Shown piece by piece: positions 1 through 9,315 of a DNA stretch of 34,026 bases. Below the pieces are notes generated by a model, which was not told the origin of the DNA, ran no database searches, and worked only from the letters and a program-made list of their open reading frames with translations. Source of the stretch: a virus (Duplodnaviria > Caudoviricetes). Position 1 is the stretch's first letter. Each line of letters starts with the position of its first letter. The translations under genes were made by a program, and so were the position numbers. The DNA is taken from the IMG/VR virus record IMGVR_UViG_3300027212_000019, positions 1 to 34,026 of that record. One strand, given 5' to 3'.

Positions 1-345
1 AAATTTAAATACGATGATGTCTCCAGGTTGAATGTCTTTTGCCTTTGGCGATACGAGCGTTGTAGTGCTGTTGTCTTGCTCTTTTGACCAACGGATAAAA
101 TCCCATGCACCCGCCGTGGTAGGTCGCTTAAAAGTGGCAGTCTGTTTGATTCCGCACTTTGTCATTGCTTCCCTCACAATAAAACAGACAAATGCCGCGC
201 ACCACGGCCATGCTTGTTTTGCATCCAAATTAGTAGCCGCCTTGTATTCATCAACTCGCTTTCCGCGATTACTATTCCGTGGCGATTCTCTCACCCCGAT
301 TTCGTCAATCGCTTTTGTGACTATTGCTGCTTGTAATGGCTTCAT
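1..345 (-). CDS. CHAP-family endolysin, truncated by window edge (lysis cassette A)
   Basis: Not in the ORF track; manual translation MKPLQAAIVTKAIDEIGVRESPRNSNRGKRVDEYKAATNLDAKQAWPWCAAFVCF...QPGDIIVFKF; has the WCAAF catalytic Cys motif; homologous to 32777-33274. Confidence 0.85.
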   Translation of the reverse strand, partial: MKPLQAAIVTKAIDEIGVRESPRNSNRGKRVDEYKAATNLDAKQAWPWCAAFVCFIVREAMTKCGIKQTATFKRPTTAGAWDFIRWSKEQDNSTTTLVSPKAKDIQPGDIIVFKF

Positions 346-470
346 TTTGCGTATGAGGGTTCGATGATAATCACGCCCGATGGTGACGCGGTGTAAGTCC
401 CGAATTTACCCTTGTAAACCACGCCGCACGATGACAGCGATAAAATGATGATTGCTAGTATTGTTTTCAT
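342..470 (-). CDS. Small lipoprotein, possible spanin component (cassette A)
   Basis: Manual translation MKTILAIIILSLSSCGVVYKGKFGTYTASPSGVIIIEPSYAK; lipobox LSSC; ATGA overlaps with both neighbours. Confidence 0.7.
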   Translation of the reverse strand: MKTILAIIILSLSSCGVVYKGKFGTYTASPSGVIIIEPSYAK

Positions 471-940
471 AAGATTTTTACATAAACGCCTTCTGTATCT
501 TTTCCAAAATACTTATCCCCGTATGCTTCCACCGCATCGTAATAATGACTGGCAAGCAAAAAACCATTTCGCTCCATGAGGTGCAGAAATTGATAGTTCG
601 CATCGTGCGCGTCATACATGCCGACTGCCGAAAATTGGAAAAGAACATCGTGCCAAAATGATGCTTCGATGGTGCCGGCAAAGTCTGGCGTTCCAATCCA
701 CGCTCCGAGCGGATAAAAACCGACGTATTTTTTCGGGCTGCATCCGTTCCAAAAATACTCGTTCGCCGCGAAAATCCAGCCGTTTTTAATCCATGCCCTA
801 AGCACCCCATCGGCACTATAAAATTCTACGTTTGGATGCTGTGAAAGCCTTCCTTTTAGAGTCGTGCAATTCACACCAACTGCAGCAAAGCGATATTTGC
901 GCTTGCCTTCTTTTGTCGGATGTAAGATGCGGTAGTTCAT
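467..940 (-). CDS. DUF1353-like protein
   Basis: WNGCSP...ASFWHDVLFQF...YYDAVEAYG resembles the DUF1353 pattern; coupled to neighbours. Confidence 0.55.
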   Translation of the reverse strand: MNYRILHPTKEGKRKYRFAAVGVNCTTLKGRLSQHPNVEFYSADGVLRAWIKNGWIFAANEYFWNGCSPKKYVGFYPLGAWIGTPDFAGTIEASFWHDVLFQFSAVGMYDAHDANYQFLHLMERNGFLLASHYYDAVEAYGDKYFGKDTEGVYVKIL

Positions 941-1215
941 TTGTTTCCCTCTGCTTTTTTCAATGCCGTCTCGTGCAATTCCTTGATGTAGTCATCTTTC
1001 TTTTCCAGCTTTTCGAATAGGTGTTTTACCGTCCGAGTTAGAACAAAAATACATGCGATGGCTAACCCCCAGCCAGTTAATGCGCTGGCATATTTAGCCA
1101 AACCAAGCTCGGCTGGAATTTCCGTGCTGAGTAAAAAGCTAAATCCGCTGCTGCAAAACAACGTGAGTGTTTTCGATATGCCAATTGAGAATTCTGTGAG
1201 TAGATCAAACTTCAT
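937..1215 (-). CDS. Holin-like membrane protein (cassette A)
   Basis: Likely start MKFDLL at 1215; two hydrophobic segments and a charged C-tail. Confidence 0.55.
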   Translation of the reverse strand: MKFDLLTEFSIGISKTLTLFCSSGFSFLLSTEIPAELGLAKYASALTGWGLAIACIFVLTRTVKHLFEKLEKKDDYIKELHETALKKAEGNK

Positions 1216-1549
1216 TTTCGATAGGTGTAAATGATTCAACGATTGGCGCGGTGTAAACAAATTTACCATCCGCAAATTTATAGCCAGTTGGCATTGTTAC
1301 GATCACGCGACTGATAATGTCGGTCTTTTCAAGCTGAGAATTAACCGCCGCGCCAAGTTCTGAGTTTGCCGCGAATCGTTCGAGAGTGGCGGCAAGATTG
1401 CCGTTGATGCTGTCGAGTATAACTTGCTTGTCACGCCGCCAAAAATCAGCATAGCACTCGTTGAGAGTATCTGCTAGATGCTTAGTTGCGATGATCCCTT
1501 TGCGAGTCAAGCCCTTTTCAAATTCTGCCGTTGTTAGTGATGTGTCCAT
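1205..1549 (-). CDS. Hypothetical protein after tail fibre (possible fibre chaperone)
   Basis: 114-aa ORF directly downstream of the fibre gene; its 3' part recurs at the window end. Confidence 0.6.
   Translation of the reverse strand: MDTSLTTAEFEKGLTRKGIIATKHLADTLNECYADFWRRDKQVILDSINGNLAATLERFAANSELGAAVNSQLEKTDIISRVIVTMPTGYKFADGKFVYTAPIVESFTPIENEV
1248..1346. repeat. 99-bp exact direct repeat, copy 1
   Basis: gcggtgtaaacaaatttacc...gctgagaattaacc identical to 33928-34026. Confidence 0.97.
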
Positions 1550-1553
1550 AAAA

Positions 1554-3236
1554 TTATAGAGTAGATGTTTGCCATGCCACGGTTGATCGCATCGGGGCTA
1601 AGTATTTATTGTTTGCCGTTGTTGACTGTAGCCAAAAACCAAGTCCAAGACTGCCAGTGCAGCTAAATCCACTCGTTGCCGATACCGTTACTGGCGTTGT
1701 GCTTGTTGATGTGGCAATAATCATATCGGTCTGCGTTGCTGATACAAATTTCATTGTTACTCTAACAATTTGATTTAGTGTGACAGCTTTACCTGTATCA
1801 ACTTTCGTTTTTACACCCGCGCTCGTCTCATGCAGTAGCTGCCAATTAGTATCGACTCCCGCTTCATAATACAAACCACGCCTTCCCACCTCTGCTGTTG
1901 CGCTTGCTGTATTTCTAATGCCGATAAAGATATTTTCACTCGCAATGCTTGTGTTGATGTTGAAAACTTGATCAAAAACTACGCCATTAAAGTTGGCGAT
2001 TGATGCTGCCGCACAAGTTGCAATGTAATAAAAATATGCTGCATTGTTTACCATCAAATTTACGCCGCCAAGAAATCCAGATGCATTAAAAGCTGAATCA
2101 CTCCAATTCGTTGCTGATCCCACAAGTATCCAGTTAAATGAGTTATTCCCCGAAGCAGTCAACCATCTCCCTAAAAAATTATCTTGAGCAAATTGGAACG
2201 GCACGGCAAACAATGATGCGATGCGAGAGTCAACCGAGCTTGTTCCGATTGCGGTGTTTAATGCTGCCGCTGCCCCCGCGCCGAACGTGTAGCTCGTCGC
2301 GTTAAATGTCGCCGCCGTGCCAAATGTCGCCGAGTTGATTGCTGGTGATGTCAGCGTTTTGTTGGTGAGTGTTTCGCTACCTGCTAGAGTCGCAATCGTA
2401 TTTGCAGCTGGTAAGCCTAGAGCGGTTACATGCGCTGATGCCGCGCCTGTGCCGTAGGTAAATGATGTGTTGTTAAAAGTCAACGCCGTGCCTGCGCTTA
2501 TGGTCATGTTTTGATCGCTAACGCCCCAAGTAAAACAAGCGTTTCCACTTCCATCAATCGCATTTGCACCAAGGATTCCACCTCCGTAATTTCTGCCAAG
2601 AAATGCAAAAAGCGTGCTATTACACACGATATTTCCACCCACACAGATAATCGAAGTCTCAGCTTGTAAAGTGTCAACAAACAAAGCCGCCGTCCCATCG
2701 CTTGTAGTCGCGCTTGTGACGGCGTTTGTAGCGACTGAGATTTGCCCAAATAAAAGCGAGTGGTTATTGGTAAATGCCGACCCTGCCGATGAAACTAACG
2801 TAACTGGAAAAGTGTAGTATGCCGTCGATGTCCCAGCGTCAGTAACAGTTGGCGTGTCGCTAATTAGCCATACTTGGTTGTTGGCTGAGTCGTCGCGGTC
2901 TTGAATGAAGATTTTTTGATTGACGACGAAAAAGGAAAGGAAAAGCTCGATGTCGGTGTCGTCATCGGTGAGGTGTGAGACAAGTATGCTTGTTGCGCTT
3001 GTCTGCGTGGCATTGTTCCATAATAGGTAGCCGTTACCAGGGTAGCCACTCGTTGCGTTGGTCTTGGCATTATAGTTCCATGCCGAGGTTGATCCCCCAG
3101 ATGCACCAGTTGGTCCAGTTGGTCCAGTGGGACCCATGTTGATCTGCACCACTGCTGGGGATCCAGTTGCTTGCAACTCCACAAGTGATGGATTGGCACT
3201 GGCAATTCTGATTTCTACGGTTGAAAGACTGCTCAT
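1554..3236 (-). CDS. Tail fibre / receptor-binding protein
   Basis: Likely start MSSLSTV at 3236 (ATGA overlap); short collagen run GPTGPTGPTG; TLTNKTLTSP fibre motif; internal repeat TFNxTSxTxGxGAAxA; beta-rich C-terminal domain. Confidence 0.8.
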   Translation of the reverse strand: MSSLSTVEIRIASANPSLVELQATGSPAVVQINMGPTGPTGPTGASGGSTSAWNYNAKTNATSGYPGNGYLLWNNATQTSATSILVSHLTDDDTDIELFLSFFVVNQKIFIQDRDDSANNQVWLISDTPTVTDAGTSTAYYTFPVTLVSSAGSAFTNNHSLLFGQISVATNAVTSATTSDGTAALFVDTLQAETSIICVGGNIVCNSTLFAFLGRNYGGGILGANAIDGSGNACFTWGVSDQNMTISAGTALTFNNTSFTYGTGAASAHVTALGLPAANTIATLAGSETLTNKTLTSPAINSATFGTAATFNATSYTFGAGAAAALNTAIGTSSVDSRIASLFAVPFQFAQDNFLGRWLTASGNNSFNWILVGSATNWSDSAFNASGFLGGVNLMVNNAAYFYYIATCAAASIANFNGVVFDQVFNINTSIASENIFIGIRNTASATAEVGRRGLYYEAGVDTNWQLLHETSAGVKTKVDTGKAVTLNQIVRVTMKFVSATQTDMIIATSTSTTPVTVSATSGFSCTGSLGLGFWLQSTTANNKYLAPMRSTVAWQTSTL

Positions 3237-3559
3237 GGTGTGTTTTTCTTTCTGAGTTTTGCTGTGCCGTAGCCAATCACGATTGGTGCATTGGCACCCA
3301 GTTTGATCTGGACATCCCATCCATAGACACCGGCTGGCACTGCTGCTGTGTTGACAGACACCAGCACCACACCATTTGCCGGTGTGGGGATTGTTGGCAC
3401 CAGATCCAGTGCCACCGCTGATGATGGGTTGATTTTCAAGACACCATCTGCAGTGTATCCAGTGAGGTTGAAGGCAGTGCCGTCAGACTGCAAACAGGTC
3501 AAAGACATTGTGATGTCCTCACCAATCCAGAACTCAAAATTTGCACCTGTATAAGCCAT
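3233..3559 (-). CDS. BppU-like baseplate/fibre adaptor
   Basis: GED...AFNLTGYT...GVYGWDVQI pattern typical of the BppU N-terminal-like small tail protein. Confidence 0.65.
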   Translation of the reverse strand: MAYTGANFEFWIGEDITMSLTCLQSDGTAFNLTGYTADGVLKINPSSAVALDLVPTIPTPANGVVLVSVNTAAVPAGVYGWDVQIKLGANAPIVIGYGTAKLRKKNTP

Positions 3560-3564
3560 GGCGA

Positions 3565-4257
3565 TTACATTATATTTTTTGTTTGTAATTGCAAGAATTT
3601 ATTCAACTTTTGCATAGAAATTGTCACACCCTCTGGTGTGCGCGGAGAATTGCCAAATGTGCAGACAGAAAACTTCTGACACTCTGCCGGGTGAAACGAT
3701 GATGGCACTGCTGAGAATGCACCACCAGCAGGGTTAAAGTTGTGCATCTTGTGGTGCAGACCAAGTTCACAGACTGCTCCCCAGATGGCAAGATCCTCTG
3801 GCACATCATCACTGACCTCACCATCACTCAGGTGGATGTAGACCTCGACAGCATCTGCCATGGTCAGACTGTAGCAACACCCAAACGCATCCCTCCTGTC
3901 AATCTCCAGTGAGCAGACACCAGTGGACATCTCCAAGAATGGTGATGCATCGATGATGAGTGTGTCACTGTCAATCTTGATGGCAATGGTTGACCGGCAG
4001 AGGATCATGGCATGGATCATGGACCGCACAATGCCCACAGCACACTTGGTGCCGTTCAGATTGCCATTGCGTTCAAAGGTAGTGAGGATGTGATGCCCAC
4101 CATTGTCTTGGATCCATGCCACCATGTGCCGAGGCAGTGGAGCATGTGAGTCGTCAAACACATATGGCACCAGACCAGCAGCAATTGCACCGGTGATGCA
4201 CTCCCTGACTGGCAAGGCATCTCCTGAATAGCAAAAAATACATGCTGGAGTTTTCAT
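3565..4257 (-). CDS. GT-A fold glycosyltransferase-like protein
   Basis: N-terminal IFCY strand, YVFDD, KIDSD (DxD motif) and late PED, as in GT2-like enzymes. Confidence 0.6.
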   Translation of the reverse strand: MKTPACIFCYSGDALPVRECITGAIAAGLVPYVFDDSHAPLPRHMVAWIQDNGGHHILTTFERNGNLNGTKCAVGIVRSMIHAMILCRSTIAIKIDSDTLIIDASPFLEMSTGVCSLEIDRRDAFGCCYSLTMADAVEVYIHLSDGEVSDDVPEDLAIWGAVCELGLHHKMHNFNPAGGAFSAVPSSFHPAECQKFSVCTFGNSPRTPEGVTISMQKLNKFLQLQTKNIM

Positions 4258-5174
4258 CGATAGAGGATGGCGCCATTGACAAATTGTGTGAGGATCCCAG
4301 CACCGTCTGAGTAGGCGATAGGCACCACCTCAAGTGTGGCAGAGTTTGCCGGCAGAGAGGTGCCAAAGAATGGACCGCGAGCAGTTGAGAACACACCAGC
4401 AGCAAGAACAATCTCGACGTAGACAAAACCTGTCATTGGCACTCTGCCGAGCAGTGACACAACCATCACAAATGATGCACCATTGTTGTAAGTGTCTGCA
4501 CCGTAGGTGGTTGAGTCGTAGGTGTTGGTGGGATCTCTGCCATATGGTGTGGCACTGGCAACTACATTTGTGCCATCATCGATCTCCCCGGTGGTGCTGT
4601 CAATTGTCCAACCACCATTGGTCCATGTGTCAAAAGATGCTTCTGTGTATGTGCCATCATTGGCAGTGCCGGTGAAGATCTCAACTTCTGCAGTTGTTGC
4701 AGTTGCTCCACCTTCAAAGGTGGTGGTCAGGGTGAATGGTGTGCCGCCATTGTAAGTGTCTTTGCCAAAGGTAGTGGACGAGAATGTCCCCACAGGTGCA
4801 GTGGTGTATGCAGTCGAGAAGGTGGCAATGACATCAGTGCCAATGCGAATCTCTGCGGTGTTGGCAGCATCATTGCCCACAATTGTGTTGCCGTAACTGT
4901 CAACCCAAGTCTCTGTGCCGGTTTGCTGAAAGTAGCCAATCGGGGCAGCAGTGCCAGACAGTGTGCCAGTGGTTGCCATGCTCTCACCACTACCACCCAC
5001 AAAAAACAAATCGTTGATGCTGATCGTGCGAAGTCTTGGTCCATTGCCAATGATTGACAAATTTGCCTGACCCAAGTGTGTGGTGGTCGAGGTGGCAGCA
5101 GTCAGATTGACCACTGTGCCAGCCGCCACCAGCAAGTTTCCTTGATTGTCAATTGCTACGTCAAACTGGTTCAT
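4254..5174 (-). CDS. Tail tip/minor tail protein with internal duplication
   Basis: T/G-rich 306 aa; repeated STT(F/Y)G.DTYN.G..F motif; tail module position. Confidence 0.65.
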   Translation of the reverse strand: MNQFDVAIDNQGNLLVAAGTVVNLTAATSTTTHLGQANLSIIGNGPRLRTISINDLFFVGGSGESMATTGTLSGTAAPIGYFQQTGTETWVDSYGNTIVGNDAANTAEIRIGTDVIATFSTAYTTAPVGTFSSTTFGKDTYNGGTPFTLTTTFEGGATATTAEVEIFTGTANDGTYTEASFDTWTNGGWTIDSTTGEIDDGTNVVASATPYGRDPTNTYDSTTYGADTYNNGASFVMVVSLLGRVPMTGFVYVEIVLAAGVFSTARGPFFGTSLPANSATLEVVPIAYSDGAGILTQFVNGAILYR

Positions 5175-7060
5175 ACAAATACGATGTTGTCCTGTGGTGT
5201 TTTGCGGATCCGTTCAGTCAGGGATCTGTAGTCAACCCTTGGTGGAGTGCCAAGAGAGATTGTGGTCTGACCACTGAAAAGATTGAGTGTTTCACCCGAC
5301 ACCATGGCACCCATGGTGCTGTGTGCTGTAAGGGATCCAATCACGTTGATCTTCTTGCCACGATAGCGCACGGCACCGGCAGTCTGTTCAGTGGTGCTGA
5401 TCTGTCCCTCATAGACAATGAAACTCTGTGCTGCGAGCAGATTGGCAGCAAGCCCAGCCGGAGGAGCAAGAAAACTGTATTCTGCCTCACGATAAAGTGG
5501 GTGACCTTGGAGTTGGTAGGTCAGACCATTTGCTGGTTTTTGTGTAGATGACCATGTGCTGGTCAGTGTTGCCAGTCTTGTGCTGCCAACATAGTCAGTG
5601 ATGGTGTCAGTGAAGGAGGCACCCGCAGATGTTCTCCATGTGACCGTCAGACCCACATAGTAATCATCTATGCTGCTGGCAGCAAGTGCCAGTTGGATTG
5701 CTGTGGTGCTGCTGCTGGATCTGGCAGTGCCTGTCCAGTGATATGCAGTTGCTGCCAAATATCCAGTTGCTGCGTAGGTATTGGTATAATGCACAAAATG
5801 ACTGTCGGCAGTGTTTGAATTATACGCTTGAAATTCAAAAATGACTTGCAGGTCATTAGTCCAAATCGGGATGTCAGTTGTCTGATCAAACCATTTATAT
5901 CCCCACTTGCCAGTGACAGTCACAGGTGTCAGTCCATTTTCATCAATTGCCCATTGTGGCAAATTCTCTGACATCAAGAAATTCTGACCTGCATAGACAA
6001 CAGGGTTGCCATTGTTGTCAGTATAAACGGGGATGGGAAAATAGTATCGTTGTCTTGCTGATGCAAAAGTTGTGTCTCTATAATAGTCAAAACTACCCTC
6101 CACTTGGATCTGATTTGTCAATCCTCTGGTCTTGGCATTCTCAAATTGTCGATCTCCATCGATGACAAAGGGTTCAAGAGTGGTGTAGCTTTTGACTGTC
6201 GCCTTCTCAAAGAGATCATTTGGCAGAAATGTGTCCAACTCTGGACCTCCCATGGTGACCACTTGGATCTTGCCAGCCGATGCCGTGCCACTGCTCTGTG
6301 TCTGATACACTGTACGTCCAAGTGTGTCCCTGTCCACATACGGCAAGACCACTTGGTTCACCTTTAGCTCAAAGACTGGATTGATGCTCATCGCATCGAT
6401 GGGTGAGGTGCCAACAGTGAAATCCACGGCAGTCGCAACACCTCTGCGTGTGACTTGCAGAGTCGGTGTGGCAGTGGAATAGTCAAAGTAGGTCATTGTG
6501 TCTGGCACAATCCTGAGCAACTCTGTCAGCACTCCTGAGCATGATGCTTGGTTGAGTGTGATTCTTGGAAGATCAAAATATGTAGCCACCGCAGATCCAC
6601 CGGAGATGTTTGCCATTGGTGCGCCCAGTGCCACTGCGGTGTTGATTGCTGTCTCGATGGCAGTCTTGAGATTGGTGCCAGCACCAGCAGTGCCGAACAC
6701 CCCAGTGAGTCTGTCTGCTGTGGATCCAGCACTATCTGTCTGCGGTGTGGTGTAGGCGATGCGATCCAGCCACCACCACGGACCACTGACTGTGATGCTG
6801 AGTCCACTTGTGTTCTGTGATTGAATGTCAGTGACGGTGCCAGTAAAGAACAGGGTGCCGGATCTGTAGATCTTGATGATCTGTCCAAGTTCTGGTGGTG
6901 TGTAGCTTGCCAGTGATTGTGTGATGATGCCAATGATCAACTCGTCAACACCGATTGATCGGAAGGTCAACTCTGCATCAGCAATCTGCCGATATTCCAT
7001 TGATTGAGCAGTGGCATCCCATGCCTTCGCTGCTTCTCCTGCTATTGTCCAGACTGGCAT
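5171..7060 (-). CDS. Tail tip/hub protein
   Basis: 629 aa directly after the tape measure; hub-like N-terminus (LFFTGTV, ITVSGPWWWL); inserted ASSIDDYYVG beta module. Confidence 0.7.
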   Translation of the reverse strand: MPVWTIAGEAAKAWDATAQSMEYRQIADAELTFRSIGVDELIIGIITQSLASYTPPELGQIIKIYRSGTLFFTGTVTDIQSQNTSGLSITVSGPWWWLDRIAYTTPQTDSAGSTADRLTGVFGTAGAGTNLKTAIETAINTAVALGAPMANISGGSAVATYFDLPRITLNQASCSGVLTELLRIVPDTMTYFDYSTATPTLQVTRRGVATAVDFTVGTSPIDAMSINPVFELKVNQVVLPYVDRDTLGRTVYQTQSSGTASAGKIQVVTMGGPELDTFLPNDLFEKATVKSYTTLEPFVIDGDRQFENAKTRGLTNQIQVEGSFDYYRDTTFASARQRYYFPIPVYTDNNGNPVVYAGQNFLMSENLPQWAIDENGLTPVTVTGKWGYKWFDQTTDIPIWTNDLQVIFEFQAYNSNTADSHFVHYTNTYAATGYLAATAYHWTGTARSSSSTTAIQLALAASSIDDYYVGLTVTWRTSAGASFTDTITDYVGSTRLATLTSTWSSTQKPANGLTYQLQGHPLYREAEYSFLAPPAGLAANLLAAQSFIVYEGQISTTEQTAGAVRYRGKKINVIGSLTAHSTMGAMVSGETLNLFSGQTTISLGTPPRVDYRSLTERIRKTPQDNIVFV

Positions 7061-7061
7061 A

Positions 7062-8567
7062 TTATTTTATAATCCCCGGATATCTTTGATTGATTGCATC
7101 AATCTGTTTTTTCTGTTGCAGTAGATCACCACTGAATCCATTCATAAGTTGGATTAACTTGTTTACATTGCCAATGGTGATTTTTTGCTGTGTTGATGCA
7201 GTTGACAAAACCATGGAAATGCCACGTTGCACATCTACTGCTTCTGAGGCAATCAACAACCCATCTTGTGTTGCTTTGTCGATCAACAAAAGCCCTTCTT
7301 GCTGTGTTTTGTTGAGAGGTTGCACATTCTCAAAAGCAGATTTCAGCAAGTCAGAATTGGTCTTTGCTTGTGTCTGTAGTTGTGCTGTGTTCTCAGTTAT
7401 TAGTTGCTCTTGTGCCTTGAGATCGATCTGCTCAATCTGACCTGTGACCAAATCAGAGATTGTCTGCACTGACACCTGAGCTTTTGCTAGTCCATCGGCA
7501 GCAGACACCACATCAGACAAAAGACCACCGTCTGTGGCTTTTGCAATTGCCTCAATGCTTGCTTTTAATGCTTCAATCTGTGCATCAAATGGAGTGGATG
7601 CAAGTGATTGTTTGGCAGCTAATGCTTCGGGAGTTGGCAAGATCCTACTGGCAACTGTTCCCATGCCAGCACCAGCCGATGCACCAGACATTGTCCCGCT
7701 GTCAGTGAATGTCTGCTTGGCTATGTTTTCCAACTCTAGTTTTTGCGCTTTGAGAGTTGCCAGTTTTTGGATCTCGAGATCCAGTTCTTCTTTTCTGGCA
7801 TTCAATGCAGCACCTTTAGTGATGACTTCTTGCCTTGCAATCTCAAGAGTGTTCTCTGCTGCTTGTCGCTTTTCTTCTTCTTGCTTCTTTTGTTGATCTG
7901 CAATGTCAACAATCAGTTTTTGACTAGCTGCAAATTTCTCAGATGCTACTTGATCGTCAGTGATTCCACTTCTTAATTTTCTCAGTTCAATCTCTGCAAT
8001 TTTGATTTTATTCAAACCCTCAACTGCCTGTATTGAAAACTCTCTTTCTTGTGCAGTTGCTTCTTTGAATCCCTGTGCAAGCAGTTTTGTCAGTTCAATG
8101 GCTTGCTCAATTGCATCCCTGCCAAGGTCGATTTCTTCTGATTTGATCTTACCTGCTTCTTCACCAATCTTTTTGATTGCTTCTGCTAGGGTGTCAGCTT
8201 TGTCTGATGCGGATGTGGCATCTTCACCCATCCCCATGAACACCTTGGCAGCAATGGCACCAACTGCAATGACTGCACCAGCAATTGCACCAGTTGGTCC
8301 AAACATCCCAAGAAACTGTGGTGCCTGTTGTGAGAACGCAACAAGTGCATTTGTGCCACCACCCACTTGCACAGCAAAGTCTTGGATCTGGTAACCGGCA
8401 CCCTGTGCAACTTGTCCCATTTTGCCTGTATTGGCAGTGGTGGTGTTGATTGCTGCTGAGTTTGCCTTTGTTGCAGTGGTCAGACTATTGGCAGCAACAG
8501 TGGTTTGCTTCAACCCAGTGGTGTCAGCAGTTGTCTTGATGTTAATATCGACTTTTTTAGCTGCCAT
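7062..8567 (-). CDS. Tail tape measure protein
   Basis: Likely start MAAKKVDINIK at 8567; GYQIQDFAVQVGGG...SQQAPQ tape-measure motif; long A/Q/K/E coiled coil. Confidence 0.85.
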   Translation of the reverse strand: MAAKKVDINIKTTADTTGLKQTTVAANSLTTATKANSAAINTTTANTGKMGQVAQGAGYQIQDFAVQVGGGTNALVAFSQQAPQFLGMFGPTGAIAGAVIAVGAIAAKVFMGMGEDATSASDKADTLAEAIKKIGEEAGKIKSEEIDLGRDAIEQAIELTKLLAQGFKEATAQEREFSIQAVEGLNKIKIAEIELRKLRSGITDDQVASEKFAASQKLIVDIADQQKKQEEEKRQAAENTLEIARQEVITKGAALNARKEELDLEIQKLATLKAQKLELENIAKQTFTDSGTMSGASAGAGMGTVASRILPTPEALAAKQSLASTPFDAQIEALKASIEAIAKATDGGLLSDVVSAADGLAKAQVSVQTISDLVTGQIEQIDLKAQEQLITENTAQLQTQAKTNSDLLKSAFENVQPLNKTQQEGLLLIDKATQDGLLIASEAVDVQRGISMVLSTASTQQKITIGNVNKLIQLMNGFSGDLLQQKKQIDAINQRYPGIIK

Positions 8568-9306
8568 ATTTTCCGAGAATTGTGACGTTTTGTGTGATTG
8601 CAACACCCTGTTGTGATAGATCCACCATGGCACTCACATCATTGAGAGTGACTGAGTTGGTGATCGTTGGTGCAACACCAGCAGTGGTGTTGGCACTAGT
8701 GGCACCTGTGATTGTTGGATTCGGGGATCCGTTGGTGGTCACCAGTGCAAAAGTGCCATCATCGGCAGCAGCATTGCGTTTGGTGATGATTACTGTGGTG
8801 CCTGAACTGCTTGCCATGTTGGACACAGAGAAGGCAGCACTGGCATTGAGGGATGCTGCAATCTTTGGTGCATAGAGTGTGGGTGTGTCACCACTCAGAA
8901 CTGCTGTGGATCCACTGGCATTGCCATCTGCCGCAGTCAATGCCCAGTTGATGTTGCCATTGATGCTGGCATTGCCAACACAGGTCAGAGTCTCAACTTG
9001 TCTGGTGCCACTGGCAGTGAGTCTGCCGAGTGTGGCAGTCATATCCAACTGATTGATCAAACCCTGCGGTGTGTTGAGCAAATAAGTCTCTGCCTCTGCC
9101 ACCGTTGAGAATGTCAGGACCGATGAGAAGGACACAGTGGTTGCTGCACCTCCTCTGTAGAACTGCACAAACTCTGCCGCCTCAATGTATGCAGACTGTT
9201 GAAAGTTTGTCTCTGATGAGATCCTCAAGTTGGACGTTTCTGATCTTTGCCCATCGCCACCGGCAAGGACAAAGAGAACAGATCCACGTTGAATTGAGAC
9301 ATACAT
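8557..9306 (-). CDS. Minor tail protein (distal-tail-like with inserted beta domain)
   Basis: Position between tube and tape measure; S/T/A/G-rich; function inferred only. Confidence 0.5.
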   Translation of the reverse strand: MYVSIQRGSVLFVLAGGDGQRSETSNLRISSETNFQQSAYIEAAEFVQFYRGGAATTVSFSSVLTFSTVAEAETYLLNTPQGLINQLDMTATLGRLTASGTRQVETLTCVGNASINGNINWALTAADGNASGSTAVLSGDTPTLYAPKIAASLNASAAFSVSNMASSSGTTVIITKRNAAADDGTFALVTTNGSPNPTITGATSANTTAGVAPTITNSVTLNDVSAMVDLSQQGVAITQNVTILGKYGS

Positions 9307-9315
9307 GGTGAAGTG

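Noticed and set aside
1554-2200. Diversity-generating retroelement targeting the fibre
   Set aside because: No reverse transcriptase and no template/variable repeat pair with adenine-specific mismatches.
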